DNA from: an uncultured Dehalococcoidia bacterium
GTDB lineage: Bacteria > Chloroflexota > Dehalococcoidia > Dehalococcoidales > Fen-1064
DNA: 41,996 nucleotides
Reading direction: 5' to 3'
Assembly: GCA_903916765.1 (NCBI GenBank)
Contig: CAIWXV010000014.1
Coordinates: 1-41,996, forward strand
The notes under the pieces are model-generated. The model was not told the DNA's origin. It was given only the letters and a program-made list of their open reading frames with translations, and made no database searches. Below are positions 26,018 through 34,849 of the stretch, one piece after another. Each line of letters begins with the position of its first letter. Position 1 is the first letter of the stretch. The position numbers and the translations under genes were made by a program.

Positions 26018-26887
26018 TTACAGTTTCTCAGTTATCTTGTACATATTCTCGTAAGCACTACGAAAATCAGGATCGGTCTTTTCCAATCTCTCCCTCAGTA
26101 GATTCATCCTTTTGGCAAAACCCTGCTTATCTTTTTTCCTCACCATATCAGCCCAGATTTCAGTATTAGTGTGGAAAAGTATTTCGATATTATTGATATT
26201 GGGGAAGTTTATTTGCAGTGAAGCATAAAGTTGCGGGTCTTCCGAAATAACGCTTTCTATCAGGGTATATAGCACTTTGAAGGTAGTGCCTCCGATTTTT
26301 TTCATCTCCTGGAATTTGTTGAAGCTGAGCAGAGTGTCAGCAGAGACGATGGCAATGAAATGTGTCAGCCCCAGCACTATCGTCATCATTTCGTCGTGTT
26401 CTTGCGGAGTCATAATAGAAACATTGGCATTTCTGGTGTCAAGCAGTTTTTTAATCTTATCGGCTAAAGCAGACTCATATTTATTGGTGGGAGTGAGTAT
26501 AATGTTCTGTTTTGCCACATCTTTAGCACCAGGCCCGAATACCGGATGTGTTCCCAGTACCATACCTTCTGTGATGTAACGGTGCATTATTTCGACGGGT
26601 CGTGATTTCAACGATGTGACATCTATGATAATCTGTTGTTTATTGGTGTGAGGCGCAATTTCTTTAACTACCGATTCGAAATTATCGAGAGGCACCGATA
26701 TGATGATAACATCTGATTGTTTGACGGCGTCGATATTTGTGGCAATTGGCACTCCCAGTTCTTTCCCTGCGGAGAGTAATTTCTCATGGTTACGGCCGGT
26801 AATAACTACCTGCATCCCTTCTTTCAATAGGTAGCGTGCAAACCAACGCCCCATGTTACCTGAACCACCGATTATGGCTATCTTCAT
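26018..26887 (-). CDS. tyrA: Prephenate/arogenate dehydrogenase
   Basis: GGSGNMG, DVTSLK, THPVFGP, EHDEMM..LTHF. Confidence 0.93.
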   Translation of the reverse strand: MKIAIIGGSGNMGRWFARYLLKEGMQVVITGRNHEKLLSAGKELGVPIATNIDAVKQSDVIIISVPLDNFESVVKEIAPHTNKQQIIIDVTSLKSRPVEIMHRYITEGMVLGTHPVFGPGAKDVAKQNIILTPTNKYESALADKIKKLLDTRNANVSIMTPQEHDEMMTIVLGLTHFIAIVSADTLLSFNKFQEMKKIGGTTFKVLYTLIESVISEDPQLYASLQINFPNINNIEILFHTNTEIWADMVRKKDKQGFAKRMNLLRERLEKTDPDFRSAYENMYKITEKL

Positions 26888-26909
26888 CCGCTCACCTCGT
26901 AAATTTCAA

Positions 26910-27977
26910 TTACATTGCTTTAGGATAAGAGCCGAGAACTTTCAGGAATAAGGTATGCTTTTCCAGTCTATCCAGCGTATCTTTTACAATCTTGTCCTGA
27001 TGATGTCCTTCGAAATCAAGGTAAAAGTTGTATTCCCATGCTTTTTGGCGGGTAGGGCGTGACTCGATTTTGGTCAGATTTATTTTACTATCGGAAAATT
27101 CTTTGAGTGCTCCATAAAGTGCCCCCGGTTTATGTTTTACGGAAAAAACGATGGAGGTCTTATCTTTACCCGTCGGCGGTGAATCATTCTTTGCAAGGAT
27201 GAAGAAGCGCGTAAAATTATTCGGGTTATCTTCGATTTCACGGGCGAGAATCTTCATCCCGTAAATTTCTGCTGCACGGGCAGAGGCAACAGCCGCACCG
27301 TCGAGGATACCTTTCTCTTTAATAAGTTTGACACTACCGGCAGTGTCGTAGGTTGGAATCAGCTCGCAATTTAGGTGTCTTAGAAATGTCTGACATTGCC
27401 CCAGCGCTTGAGGATGAGAATATATCTTTTTGATGGTATCGAGATTTGCCTCGTGATTAGCAATCAGGCAGTGGACGATTCTCAGTTCCAATTCTCCGCA
27501 GACCTTGAGACTTGATTTCAATAGCAAATCATAGACACGACTGATACTTCCTTCCAGTGAATTTTCAATCGGTACGATGCCGTAGGATACCTCGTCTTGT
27601 TCAACGATTTTGAAGACGTCATCGAAGTTTTCACAGGGTTTGGCATGGGCAGCATTGCCGAAATGTTGAAAAGCCGCCTCTTCACTGTATGCTCCAATCT
27701 CACCCTGGAATGCTACCACTGTTCCCTGTACACTTTTGGAAGATTTAATAATTTGCTGGTAAATACTTTCGATTTCCTTCTCTTCCAGATTTAAGGTGCG
27801 GGCGATCTCTCTGATGTGAGCAAGCACCTTTGCCTCGCGGCTGGGGTCATCAATCGGTTTTCCCTGTTTCTGTTTTTCCTTGCCGATTTCTTGTGACTGT
27901 CTTATCCTTTCGGCAATAAGCCTCACAATTTGCTCATCGGTTCCATCGATTTTATTTCTCAGTTCTTCCAGACTCAT
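26910..27977 (-). CDS. pheA: Bifunctional chorismate mutase / prephenate dehydratase
   Basis: [11 protein letters not shown] (AroQ), [35 protein letters not shown]-domain ESRP. Start moved to ATG 27977 (SD GGAGGT). Confidence 0.95.
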   Translation of the reverse strand: MSLEELRNKIDGTDEQIVRLIAERIRQSQEIGKEKQKQGKPIDDPSREAKVLAHIREIARTLNLEEKEIESIYQQIIKSSKSVQGTVVAFQGEIGAYSEEAAFQHFGNAAHAKPCENFDDVFKIVEQDEVSYGIVPIENSLEGSISRVYDLLLKSSLKVCGELELRIVHCLIANHEANLDTIKKIYSHPQALGQCQTFLRHLNCELIPTYDTAGSVKLIKEKGILDGAAVASARAAEIYGMKILAREIEDNPNNFTRFFILAKNDSPPTGKDKTSIVFSVKHKPGALYGALKEFSDSKINLTKIESRPTRQKAWEYNFYLDFEGHHQDKIVKDTLDRLEKHTLFLKVLGSYPKAM

Positions 27978-29066
27978 TTGATTACCTCCGGGATAAGTCT
28001 TGCTCTCAAAGCAAAGTCGCATAGAGTGATTGCCATCATTGCCGAAACGACAGGTATCGCTCTGGGAACGATACAAACATCATGCCTGCCCTTAATTTCC
28101 AGTTCAGCATTTTTCATGGTATCGATATTAACGGTCGATTGTTTTTGACTGATGGATGGCGTTGGCTTTACAGCGACTCTGACGACGATAGGCATACCGT
28201 TACTGATACCGCCCAGAATACCGCCGGCATTATTGGTGGTGGTTAAAATCTTGCTGCGTTTGATAGTAAAGGGGGTCGTTGTTTTCCGAGCCTTTTTTAT
28301 TGGCTGCGGCAAAGCCGGTGCCGAATTCAACTCCTTTGACTGCCGGGATAGCAAATAGCGCCTTTGCCAATTCTCCTTCCATTGTATCGCAGACAGGTTC
28401 GCCCAATCCGGCCGGAATATTCAGGGCGATGCCCTCGATAATACCACCGAGGCTATCCCCTTCTTTTCGTGCCTGCTCGATAGCTTTCAACATTTTTTCT
28501 GTGGCTTTGGGGTCGGCACATCTGAGAGGATTTTGCTCGATAGCGTTTTTGATTTCGTCCATGTTTTTTGTATGTGCTTTGATACCGCCGATTTCTAAAG
28601 TATGGGCAATAATCTCGACTCCGAGCATATCGAGTATTTTTTGGGCGATTGCACCTGCCATTACGTAGCCAGTTGTGATTCTACCCGAAAATCTGCCGCC
28701 ACCTCGAAAATCGTTAAATCCGCCGTACTTCATAAATGCCGTGTAGTCGGCATGTCCCGGGCGGAGTAGGACTCTGGCTTTCTCATAAGCATCGGAGTCG
28801 CTATCCTGATTCCAGACGAGAAGGCAGATAGGGGCGCCGGTGGTATGCTTGTCGTAGATACCTGACAAAATGTCCACCTTATCCTCTTCGGCTCTTTTGG
28901 TGGATGCTGCTCCTGTCCCCGGTTTTCTTTTATTTAATTCGGTTTGAATATCTTTCTCACTAATCGGCAAACCTGCCGGACAGCCGTCAATGACAACGCC
29001 GACACATTTGCCGTGACTTTCTCCGAAACTGGTGGCGGTGAATATTTTACCCAAACTATTACTCAT
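27974..29066 (-). CDS. aroC: Chorismate synthase, split by a +1 frameshift at the G5 run 28271-28275
   Basis: [19 protein letters not shown] in the first frame; [23 protein letters not shown] in the second. Removing one base restores NDPFTIK. Confidence 0.92.
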
Positions 29067-30321
29067 TTAACTTCACTCTCCCTCCCAGTTTTTTGAATAC
29101 TTCCCAGAACTCCGGATAGGTTTTAGTGACACATTCCGCTTGCTCGATAACCGTTTCTCCGGCTACTGAACCCAGTAGGCTGAATGCCATCGCAATACGG
29201 TGGTCGTTATGGCTGGTAATCTGTGTCCCTTTCGGCTTTTTACCGGTAATTGCCAGTAAATTTGATTCCTCAGTAACGGGGATCCCCATTTTTTCTAATC
29301 CGGCTCTGAGGGAAGTGACCCTATCCGATTCTTTAATTCTTGCCCGTTCGATGCCAGTAAATTCACTTGTACCCTCGGCTACCGCTGCTAGCACTGCCAC
29401 TGTCGGTAGCAGGTCGATGCAGTCATTCAAGTCTGCTTTAATTGCCTTCAGTTTCGACTGCCTGACGATGATGGAATTACTGCCTACGGTAACAACTGCC
29501 CCCATTTCTTGCAGGAAACGGATTATCATCCGGTCGCCTTGAAGACTTTCGGTATCGAGATTATTGACTTCAACCTCGCCTGACAGTGCCCCCAATGCCA
29601 GCAGGTAGGAAGCTGAGGACCAATCGCCTTCCACTCTGAATTTTGTCGGCTTATATCTCTGGGGCAATATCTCGAATTCATCGAGATTATCGTTGAAAGC
29701 CACTGTGATGCCGAACCATTGCATTGTATCCAGAGTCATTATGACGTAAGGTCGTGACTCCAGCGGAGAAGTCAATTTGATAACCATACCGTTTTCGGCA
29801 AATGGAGCGACTTGCAGTAATGCCGAAACAAATTGGGAACTGATATTACCTGGCAAACTTGTAGTGCCGCCGTTCAGTTTACCACCGTTTACGGTTACGG
29901 GTGGCAATTCGTTATTACTCGAACAGTCGATACCCAGTTGTCGCAGAGCATCCAGTAATGTTTTTACGGGTCTTCGTGACAGGGACGGTCCGGCAGTAAG
30001 ATGACTGGTTCCTGGAATGATGGAGCAGATGGCAGTCATAAAACGCAAAGTGGCGGCAGAGTCGCCACAAAATAGGTCTTCCTTGGTTGCGTGGAAGTTT
30101 CCGCCATCGACTAACCAGTTATTTTTCTGCTGTCGGATGCTAATGCCTATCTTTTTCAGTACGTTAGTAGCGGCAATAGTATCATCGGAAGCTAGCGGGA
30201 AGGCAATTGTGCTCTTACCGCTTGCAAGTGCCCCGCATATCAAACCGCGGATGGTGTAACTCTTGGACGATGGTGCGGTTACTTTACCGGCGATTTCACT
30301 TTTGGAAATCGAAGCCTTCAT
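29059..30321 (-). CDS. aroA: EPSP synthase
   Basis: [46 protein letters not shown]. Confidence 0.96.
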   Translation of the reverse strand: MKASISKSEIAGKVTAPSSKSYTIRGLICGALASGKSTIAFPLASDDTIAATNVLKKIGISIRQQKNNWLVDGGNFHATKEDLFCGDSAATLRFMTAICSIIPGTSHLTAGPSLSRRPVKTLLDALRQLGIDCSSNNELPPVTVNGGKLNGGTTSLPGNISSQFVSALLQVAPFAENGMVIKLTSPLESRPYVIMTLDTMQWFGITVAFNDNLDEFEILPQRYKPTKFRVEGDWSSASYLLALGALSGEVEVNNLDTESLQGDRMIIRFLQEMGAVVTVGSNSIIVRQSKLKAIKADLNDCIDLLPTVAVLAAVAEGTSEFTGIERARIKESDRVTSLRAGLEKMGIPVTEESNLLAITGKKPKGTQITSHNDHRIAMAFSLLGSVAGETVIEQAECVTKTYPEFWEVFKKLGGRVKLNE

Positions 30322-30832
30322 ATGATTTCAACCTGTCGATTATTTCATTGGCAACTGCGTTAATATCCAATTTCGAGGTATCAATAGTAATATCTGCGCT
30401 TCTTCCATAAAAAGGTTTTCTGAATTTCATCAATTCTTTTATGTGCTTCGACGGGTCATCGACATCGAGGAGAGGACGACTACCTTGCTTATGGGAAATC
30501 CGTTTCAAAATTGTTGCCGGTGAGGCAGTGAGATTGACAATGACACTGTTCTCTCTCAAACGGTCGATGTTGATGGTGTTTAAGACGACTCCGCCGCCGC
30601 AGACAATGACTTTCCTCTTCTCTCTTGCGGCATTTTTAACTGCCTCGATTTCAAGTTCGCGGAAGGCAATCTCTCCGTTATCGCGGAAAATGTCTGCAAT
30701 AGGCTTTCCTGCTTTCCGTTCGATAATCGAGTCTATCTCGACCACCCGGCGGTTCAGTTTTTTTGCCAGCATCTGCCCGACGGTTGTTTTGCCCGTGCCC
30801 ATAAAGCCAATCAGAGCGACATTACTTTTCAT
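30296..30832 (-). CDS. aroK: Shikimate kinase
   Basis: GFMGTGKTTVG, GEIAFRELE, CGGGVV, RPLL. Confidence 0.95.
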   Translation of the reverse strand: MKSNVALIGFMGTGKTTVGQMLAKKLNRRVVEIDSIIERKAGKPIADIFRDNGEIAFRELEIEAVKNAAREKRKVIVCGGGVVLNTINIDRLRENSVIVNLTASPATILKRISHKQGSRPLLDVDDPSKHIKELMKFRKPFYGRSADITIDTSKLDINAVANEIIDRLKSYEGFDFQK

Positions 30833-31700
30833 TTTTCTGTAATAACCTCATTGCCGATTGACGCATCAGGTCGACGGGAGGTTTTTGTCCGGTCCATTTT
30901 TCAAAAGAAAGCGCACCTTGACAGACCAGCATTTCCAGACCGTCGATGGTTCTGGCACCTGCCGTTTTTGCTTCTTGCAGGAGTCTGGTCGGGAAGGGGT
31001 TGTAAATAATATCGAAGACAACCATATTCGAACAAAGAAACTCTGCATCTACCGGTGTCTCGTGGCTGTTCGGGCTCATTCCGACGCTGGTGGCATTAAC
31101 CAGAATATCGGTATTTGCTAGTACCTGCTCTAAGTTCTTTTTGTTCAATTCATCGGCTCGGACATTGATGGTGTAGTTTTGTTTGATGCGATTTGCAATA
31201 TCTTGTGCCCATTCCAATTCCAGTTTGCGATTAAGTATGACCAGACTGACGCCTTGTTCTGCCAGAATAAAGCAGATGGCTTTTGCAGCTCCGCCTGCTC
31301 CTAGTACCAATATCTTCTTTCCAATGGGGTTAATGTCTTTCTCCAGTAAAGCTTGTATAAATCCATATGCATCCGTATTGTAACCAGTCAGGATGCCTTC
31401 GTCATTGACGATAGTATTTGCAGCGCCGATTTTCTCTGCCAGAGGGTCAATCTTGTCCAGCAATTGCATTACAGCTACCTTATGAGGGATAGTCACGTTA
31501 AGCCCTCTGATATTCAGTGCTCGGGCTCCTGCGATAGCTTGTTTTAGTTCTTCGTTCTTTACCTTGAAGGGCAAGTAAACATAGTCCAACCCCAGCGTTT
31601 TGAAGGCTGTGTTGTGCATTACGGGCGACATCGTGTGTTCGATAGGGTCGCCGATAATGCCGCAGATTTTTGTCTTGCCGGATATTACCTTATCTTTCAT
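30822..31700 (-). CDS. aroE: Shikimate dehydrogenase
   Basis: HTMSPVMHN, NVTIPHK, GYNTD, GAGGAA, DIIYNP. Confidence 0.96.
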   Translation of the reverse strand: MKDKVISGKTKICGIIGDPIEHTMSPVMHNTAFKTLGLDYVYLPFKVKNEELKQAIAGARALNIRGLNVTIPHKVAVMQLLDKIDPLAEKIGAANTIVNDEGILTGYNTDAYGFIQALLEKDINPIGKKILVLGAGGAAKAICFILAEQGVSLVILNRKLELEWAQDIANRIKQNYTINVRADELNKKNLEQVLANTDILVNATSVGMSPNSHETPVDAEFLCSNMVVFDIIYNPFPTRLLQEAKTAGARTIDGLEMLVCQGALSFEKWTGQKPPVDLMRQSAMRLLQKNEK

Positions 31701-32353
31701 ACCGTCAGCATCTCATAAAATTTGAGCATTTCGGTTACCGGTAACTGTCCCGGTGCGGATTCCTTACCTTTCTGCACGGCGCCGTAGGTAAAATCAGCTC
31801 CAAACATCGGAGCCATGACACGGCTCATTAATCCCTGTTGCCCCATCGCAAAGGCAATCATTCTTGTCTTAGGAAACTCGGTAATAAGTTTCAGGATGGT
31901 GAGATTATCTTCGAATTCTTTGGCGGTAGTCACTATCTTACAGATGTCTGCCCCGGCTTTTAATTCGCTTTGAACAATTTGCCTCAGAGTATCCAGAGGA
32001 GGAGTTTTTTGAAAATCGTGGAAGGATAACAGGCATAATGCCCTTTTCCTAACAAACTGGATAATATTGCCGACATTCTTAGCACTGTATTCGATATCGA
32101 CAATTTGTGCTCCTAGTTCTATTGCCTGAAGTAACCTCTCGATTCTTCTTGCTTCATTACCATCCCATTTCCCGCCTTCTTCGACCATGCGATTGCAGGC
32201 AATCCATGGTTTTTTCAGTTGACGGGCAATTTCGGTCCAACCGTCACCGATGAGGTCGATTCTGACTTCGAACAAATCAACCAGGGGCTCGACTTCTTTC
32301 ACGGCTTTAATGTCGGTATTGATGATACTGGCGCAAAGTTTTAATTTCTTCAT
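31697..32353 (-). CDS. aroD: Type I 3-dehydroquinate dehydratase
   Basis: EVRID, SFHDFQKTP, ADICKIV, FAMG..G..SR, SAPGQ. Confidence 0.94.
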   Translation of the reverse strand: MKKLKLCASIINTDIKAVKEVEPLVDLFEVRIDLIGDGWTEIARQLKKPWIACNRMVEEGGKWDGNEARRIERLLQAIELGAQIVDIEYSAKNVGNIIQFVRKRALCLLSFHDFQKTPPLDTLRQIVQSELKAGADICKIVTTAKEFEDNLTILKLITEFPKTRMIAFAMGQQGLMSRVMAPMFGADFTYGAVQKGKESAPGQLPVTEMLKFYEMLTV

Positions 32354-33432
32354 TTCAATTCCACCAGAATCCTTTCTATCAGAGCAGGGCTTACATCATC
32401 GGTGATAAATACTTCACCGATTGACTTCGGCAGGATAAATCTTATCTTTCCTCTCTGGACTTTTTTATCGAATTGCATCGCCTGCATTATTTGTTCTATT
32501 TCTAATCGAGGTAACACAGTCATCAATCCGGCTTTTTTGAGTAGCTTCGCCAGTCTTATAACAGCTTTAGAATCGACAAGACTGAGTTCAGCAGCAATCT
32601 TTACTCCTGCCATCATTCCGATGCCGACTGCTTGACCGTGGGCAATCTCGAAATTGGAAACCGATTCGACTGCATGTCCGACAGTATGTCCGAAATTGAG
32701 GATATTCCTCAAACCCATATCCTTTTCATCGTTTTCTACAACTCCCGTCTTGATTCGGGCGGACTTGGTAACAATTGTTTCCAGCACATTATCATCTAAC
32801 GACTTAACCGGGTCAAGGTTTTTTTCGAGGTAAGTGAAAAATTTCTCGTCCCTGATAACTGCATATTTGATAACTTCACTGAGTCCGTTAACAATCCCGG
32901 CAGACGGCAAAGTTTTCAGAGTGGCAATGTCTGAAATTACGGTTCTCGGTTGGTGGAAAGCTCCGATGTTATTCTTTAACTTACCGTGGTTCACAGCAAC
33001 TTTTCCGCCGATACTGCTATCCACCTGTGCCAGTAGGGTGGTGGGTATTTGCACCAGTGGAATTCCTCTCATATAAGTGGCGGCAACAAATCCCGCCAGG
33101 TCACCGATAACACCACCGCCTAGTGCCAGAATGGGCGTTGTCCTTTCTGCTCCGAATTCCGTTAGCTGGTGATACAATTTACCTGCCGATTCCAGGGATT
33201 TGTACTCTTCGCCGTCGGGAACTGAGAGTATCGTTACCCAGAAACCCTCATTGATGAGGCTCTGTTTCAGGCTGGTACCATACAGTTTTTTGACAATAGG
33301 ATTAGTTATGATAATTGCCTTATCATTAAATCCCATTTCTTTTAATATCTGCCCAGTTTGGCTAAGAGTGCCGGAACCGATGCGGATATCGTAACTGTTT
33401 TGTCCCAGATTGACCCTGATTGTTTTCACCAA
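32350..33432 (-). CDS. aroB: 3-dehydroquinate synthase
   Basis: DGEEYKS, GGGVIGDLAGFVAATYMRG, PTTLLAQVDSSIGGK, LNFGHT. Confidence 0.97.
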   Translation of the reverse strand: MVKTIRVNLGQNSYDIRIGSGTLSQTGQILKEMGFNDKAIIITNPIVKKLYGTSLKQSLINEGFWVTILSVPDGEEYKSLESAGKLYHQLTEFGAERTTPILALGGGVIGDLAGFVAATYMRGIPLVQIPTTLLAQVDSSIGGKVAVNHGKLKNNIGAFHQPRTVISDIATLKTLPSAGIVNGLSEVIKYAVIRDEKFFTYLEKNLDPVKSLDDNVLETIVTKSARIKTGVVENDEKDMGLRNILNFGHTVGHAVESVSNFEIAHGQAVGIGMMAGVKIAAELSLVDSKAVIRLAKLLKKAGLMTVLPRLEIEQIMQAMQFDKKVQRGKIRFILPKSIGEVFITDDVSPALIERILVELK

Positions 33433-33439
33433 GTATTAA

Positions 33440-34504
33440 CTAGCCTCCGTTTTGTTTTATGCCAATCGCTTTATGTATGCCCTGACAAGCAGTGATGAGT
33501 TCCTTCAATTCGTCGGGTGTGATTTGTTGCTGGCTGTCTACCAGTGCCTCTACCGGATTATGATGCACTTCGACTATCAAGCCACAGGCACCGACAGCAA
33601 CACTCGCACAGCTCAGGCTGAAAATCAGGTCTCGTCGCCCTGCCGCATGACTAGGGTCGACAATCACCGGTAGGTAGGTCTCTTTCTTTAGAACTGGCAC
33701 TGCCGCCAGGTCAAGCGTGTACCTAGTATAACTTTTACCCTTACCCAATGGCAAGATACCCCGCTCGCAGAGAATGATATCTTTGTTTTCTTCTGCCACC
33801 ATATACTCGGCGAAGGACAGGAATTCTTCAATACCAGCGCCGAAATGACGCTTGTAAAGTATCGGTTTGCCTGTTCGAGCAACTTTGACGAGCAGGTCCT
33901 GGTCGTACATATTTCTGGAGCCAATCTGAATGATGTCTACATATTTGGCTACCAGATCCACTTGCGATTCACCTCTGATTTCAGTAACGACAGGCAATTC
34001 GAATTTGTTGCCTGCTTCGCGGAACCACTCCAATGCTTCAGTTGCTTCCTCTTCTCCTGCAGAGCCCAGTCCCTGGAAGGAGTGAACGGAAGAGCGTGGC
34101 TTGAAGATGCCACCCCTTAGCATTTGAGCGCCGGCTTTCTTAACGCCTTCGGCAATTTTGAAAAGTTGCTTTTTACTTTCCACTGCGCATGGTCCGGCGA
34201 TGAAAACCAGTTTATCCCCGCCGATTTCAACATCACCGACCTTGATGATTCTTCGCTCGCTTTCGCCTGTGAGTTTGGCATATTCACGACTGATTAGTTT
34301 ATAAGGTGTCTCGACCATCCTTGCCTCCTTTACTCCCGGTAATATAGCAAAGTGGTCAAACGGTATTTTGCGCTCATCACCGATAAGTCCGATGATGGTG
34401 CGAAAAGCTCCTTGAGAGACATCGGCACGCAGTCCGTGGCTTTCTATTTCCTTGATAACTGCGGCAATCTGTTCTTTAGTGGCATCGCTCTTCATGATAA
34501 TCAT
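33440..34504 (-). CDS. aroF: Type I-beta DAHP synthase with an N-terminal ACT-like regulatory domain
   Basis: MIIMK..TIIGLIGDE N-terminal domain, AGPCAVES, FKPRSS..SFQG, LCERGI, VDPSH. Confidence 0.93.
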   Translation of the reverse strand: MIIMKSDATKEQIAAVIKEIESHGLRADVSQGAFRTIIGLIGDERKIPFDHFAILPGVKEARMVETPYKLISREYAKLTGESERRIIKVGDVEIGGDKLVFIAGPCAVESKKQLFKIAEGVKKAGAQMLRGGIFKPRSSVHSFQGLGSAGEEEATEALEWFREAGNKFELPVVTEIRGESQVDLVAKYVDIIQIGSRNMYDQDLLVKVARTGKPILYKRHFGAGIEEFLSFAEYMVAEENKDIILCERGILPLGKGKSYTRYTLDLAAVPVLKKETYLPVIVDPSHAAGRRDLIFSLSCASVAVGACGLIVEVHHNPVEALVDSQQQITPDELKELITACQGIHKAIGIKQNGG

Positions 34505-34540
34505 TGCTTTTCTCCTGTTTTGTAGTTTTGTTGAGCATAT

Positions 34541-34575
34541 AAAAAGAAGAACCCTCTGCTTAAGAGGGCTCTTCT
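34541..34575 (-). terminator. Attenuator terminator of the aro operon
   Basis: Minus strand AGAAGAGCCCTCT-TAAGC-AGAGGGTTCTTCT followed by a T run. Confidence 0.9.
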
Positions 34576-34628
34576 GATTTCTAACTTTGGAACTATCTGT
34601 TTCAGTCTATTTTTTTGCACAACGCCTC

Positions 34629-34694
34629 TCAAGCACTTTTCGTGCCCCAAAACGCGAAGTAGTAGTAATAATATCTCTGAGAGACGTTTAACAT
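34629..34694 (-). CDS. aro operon leader peptide, MLNVSQRYYYYYFAFWGTKSA (21 aa)
   Basis: TAT TAT TAC TAC TAC TTC GCG TTT TGG: 8 aromatic codons out of 9, between promoter and terminator. Confidence 0.93.
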   Translation of the reverse strand: MLNVSQRYYYYYFAFWGTKSA

Positions 34695-34702
34695 CAATAT
34701 TG

Positions 34703-34731
34703 AATTTATCATAGGCGAATTATTTTGTCAA
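34703..34731 (-). promoter_or_regulatory. Sigma70-type promoter for the aro leader
   Basis: TTGACA-17 nt-TAAATT with TGn extension; the leader ATG is 8 nt downstream. Confidence 0.8.
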
Positions 34732-34759
34732 ATGTAGCGCGCTCACGAAACACAAATAA

Positions 34760-34788
34760 TTGCACTCACAGCCTCTGGTTGGTATAAT
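34760..34788 (+). promoter_or_regulatory. thrS promoter
   Basis: TTGCAC-17 nt-TATAAT with TGn extension. Confidence 0.7.
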
Positions 34789-34849
34789 TGTACAGTTAGC
34801 CTCTCGTTCCCGGGACGGGTGGGAGGTTTTGTTTCTGTAAGATGATTAG

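Noticed and set aside
27974-29066. Two separate genes as listed in the ORF track
   Set aside because: They are the two halves of one aroC joined by a single-base indel.
34659-34673. TAY trinucleotide run as a microsatellite or phase-variable tract
   Set aside because: Mixed TAT/TAC codons followed by Phe and Trp codons in frame indicate selection on the encoded amino acids.
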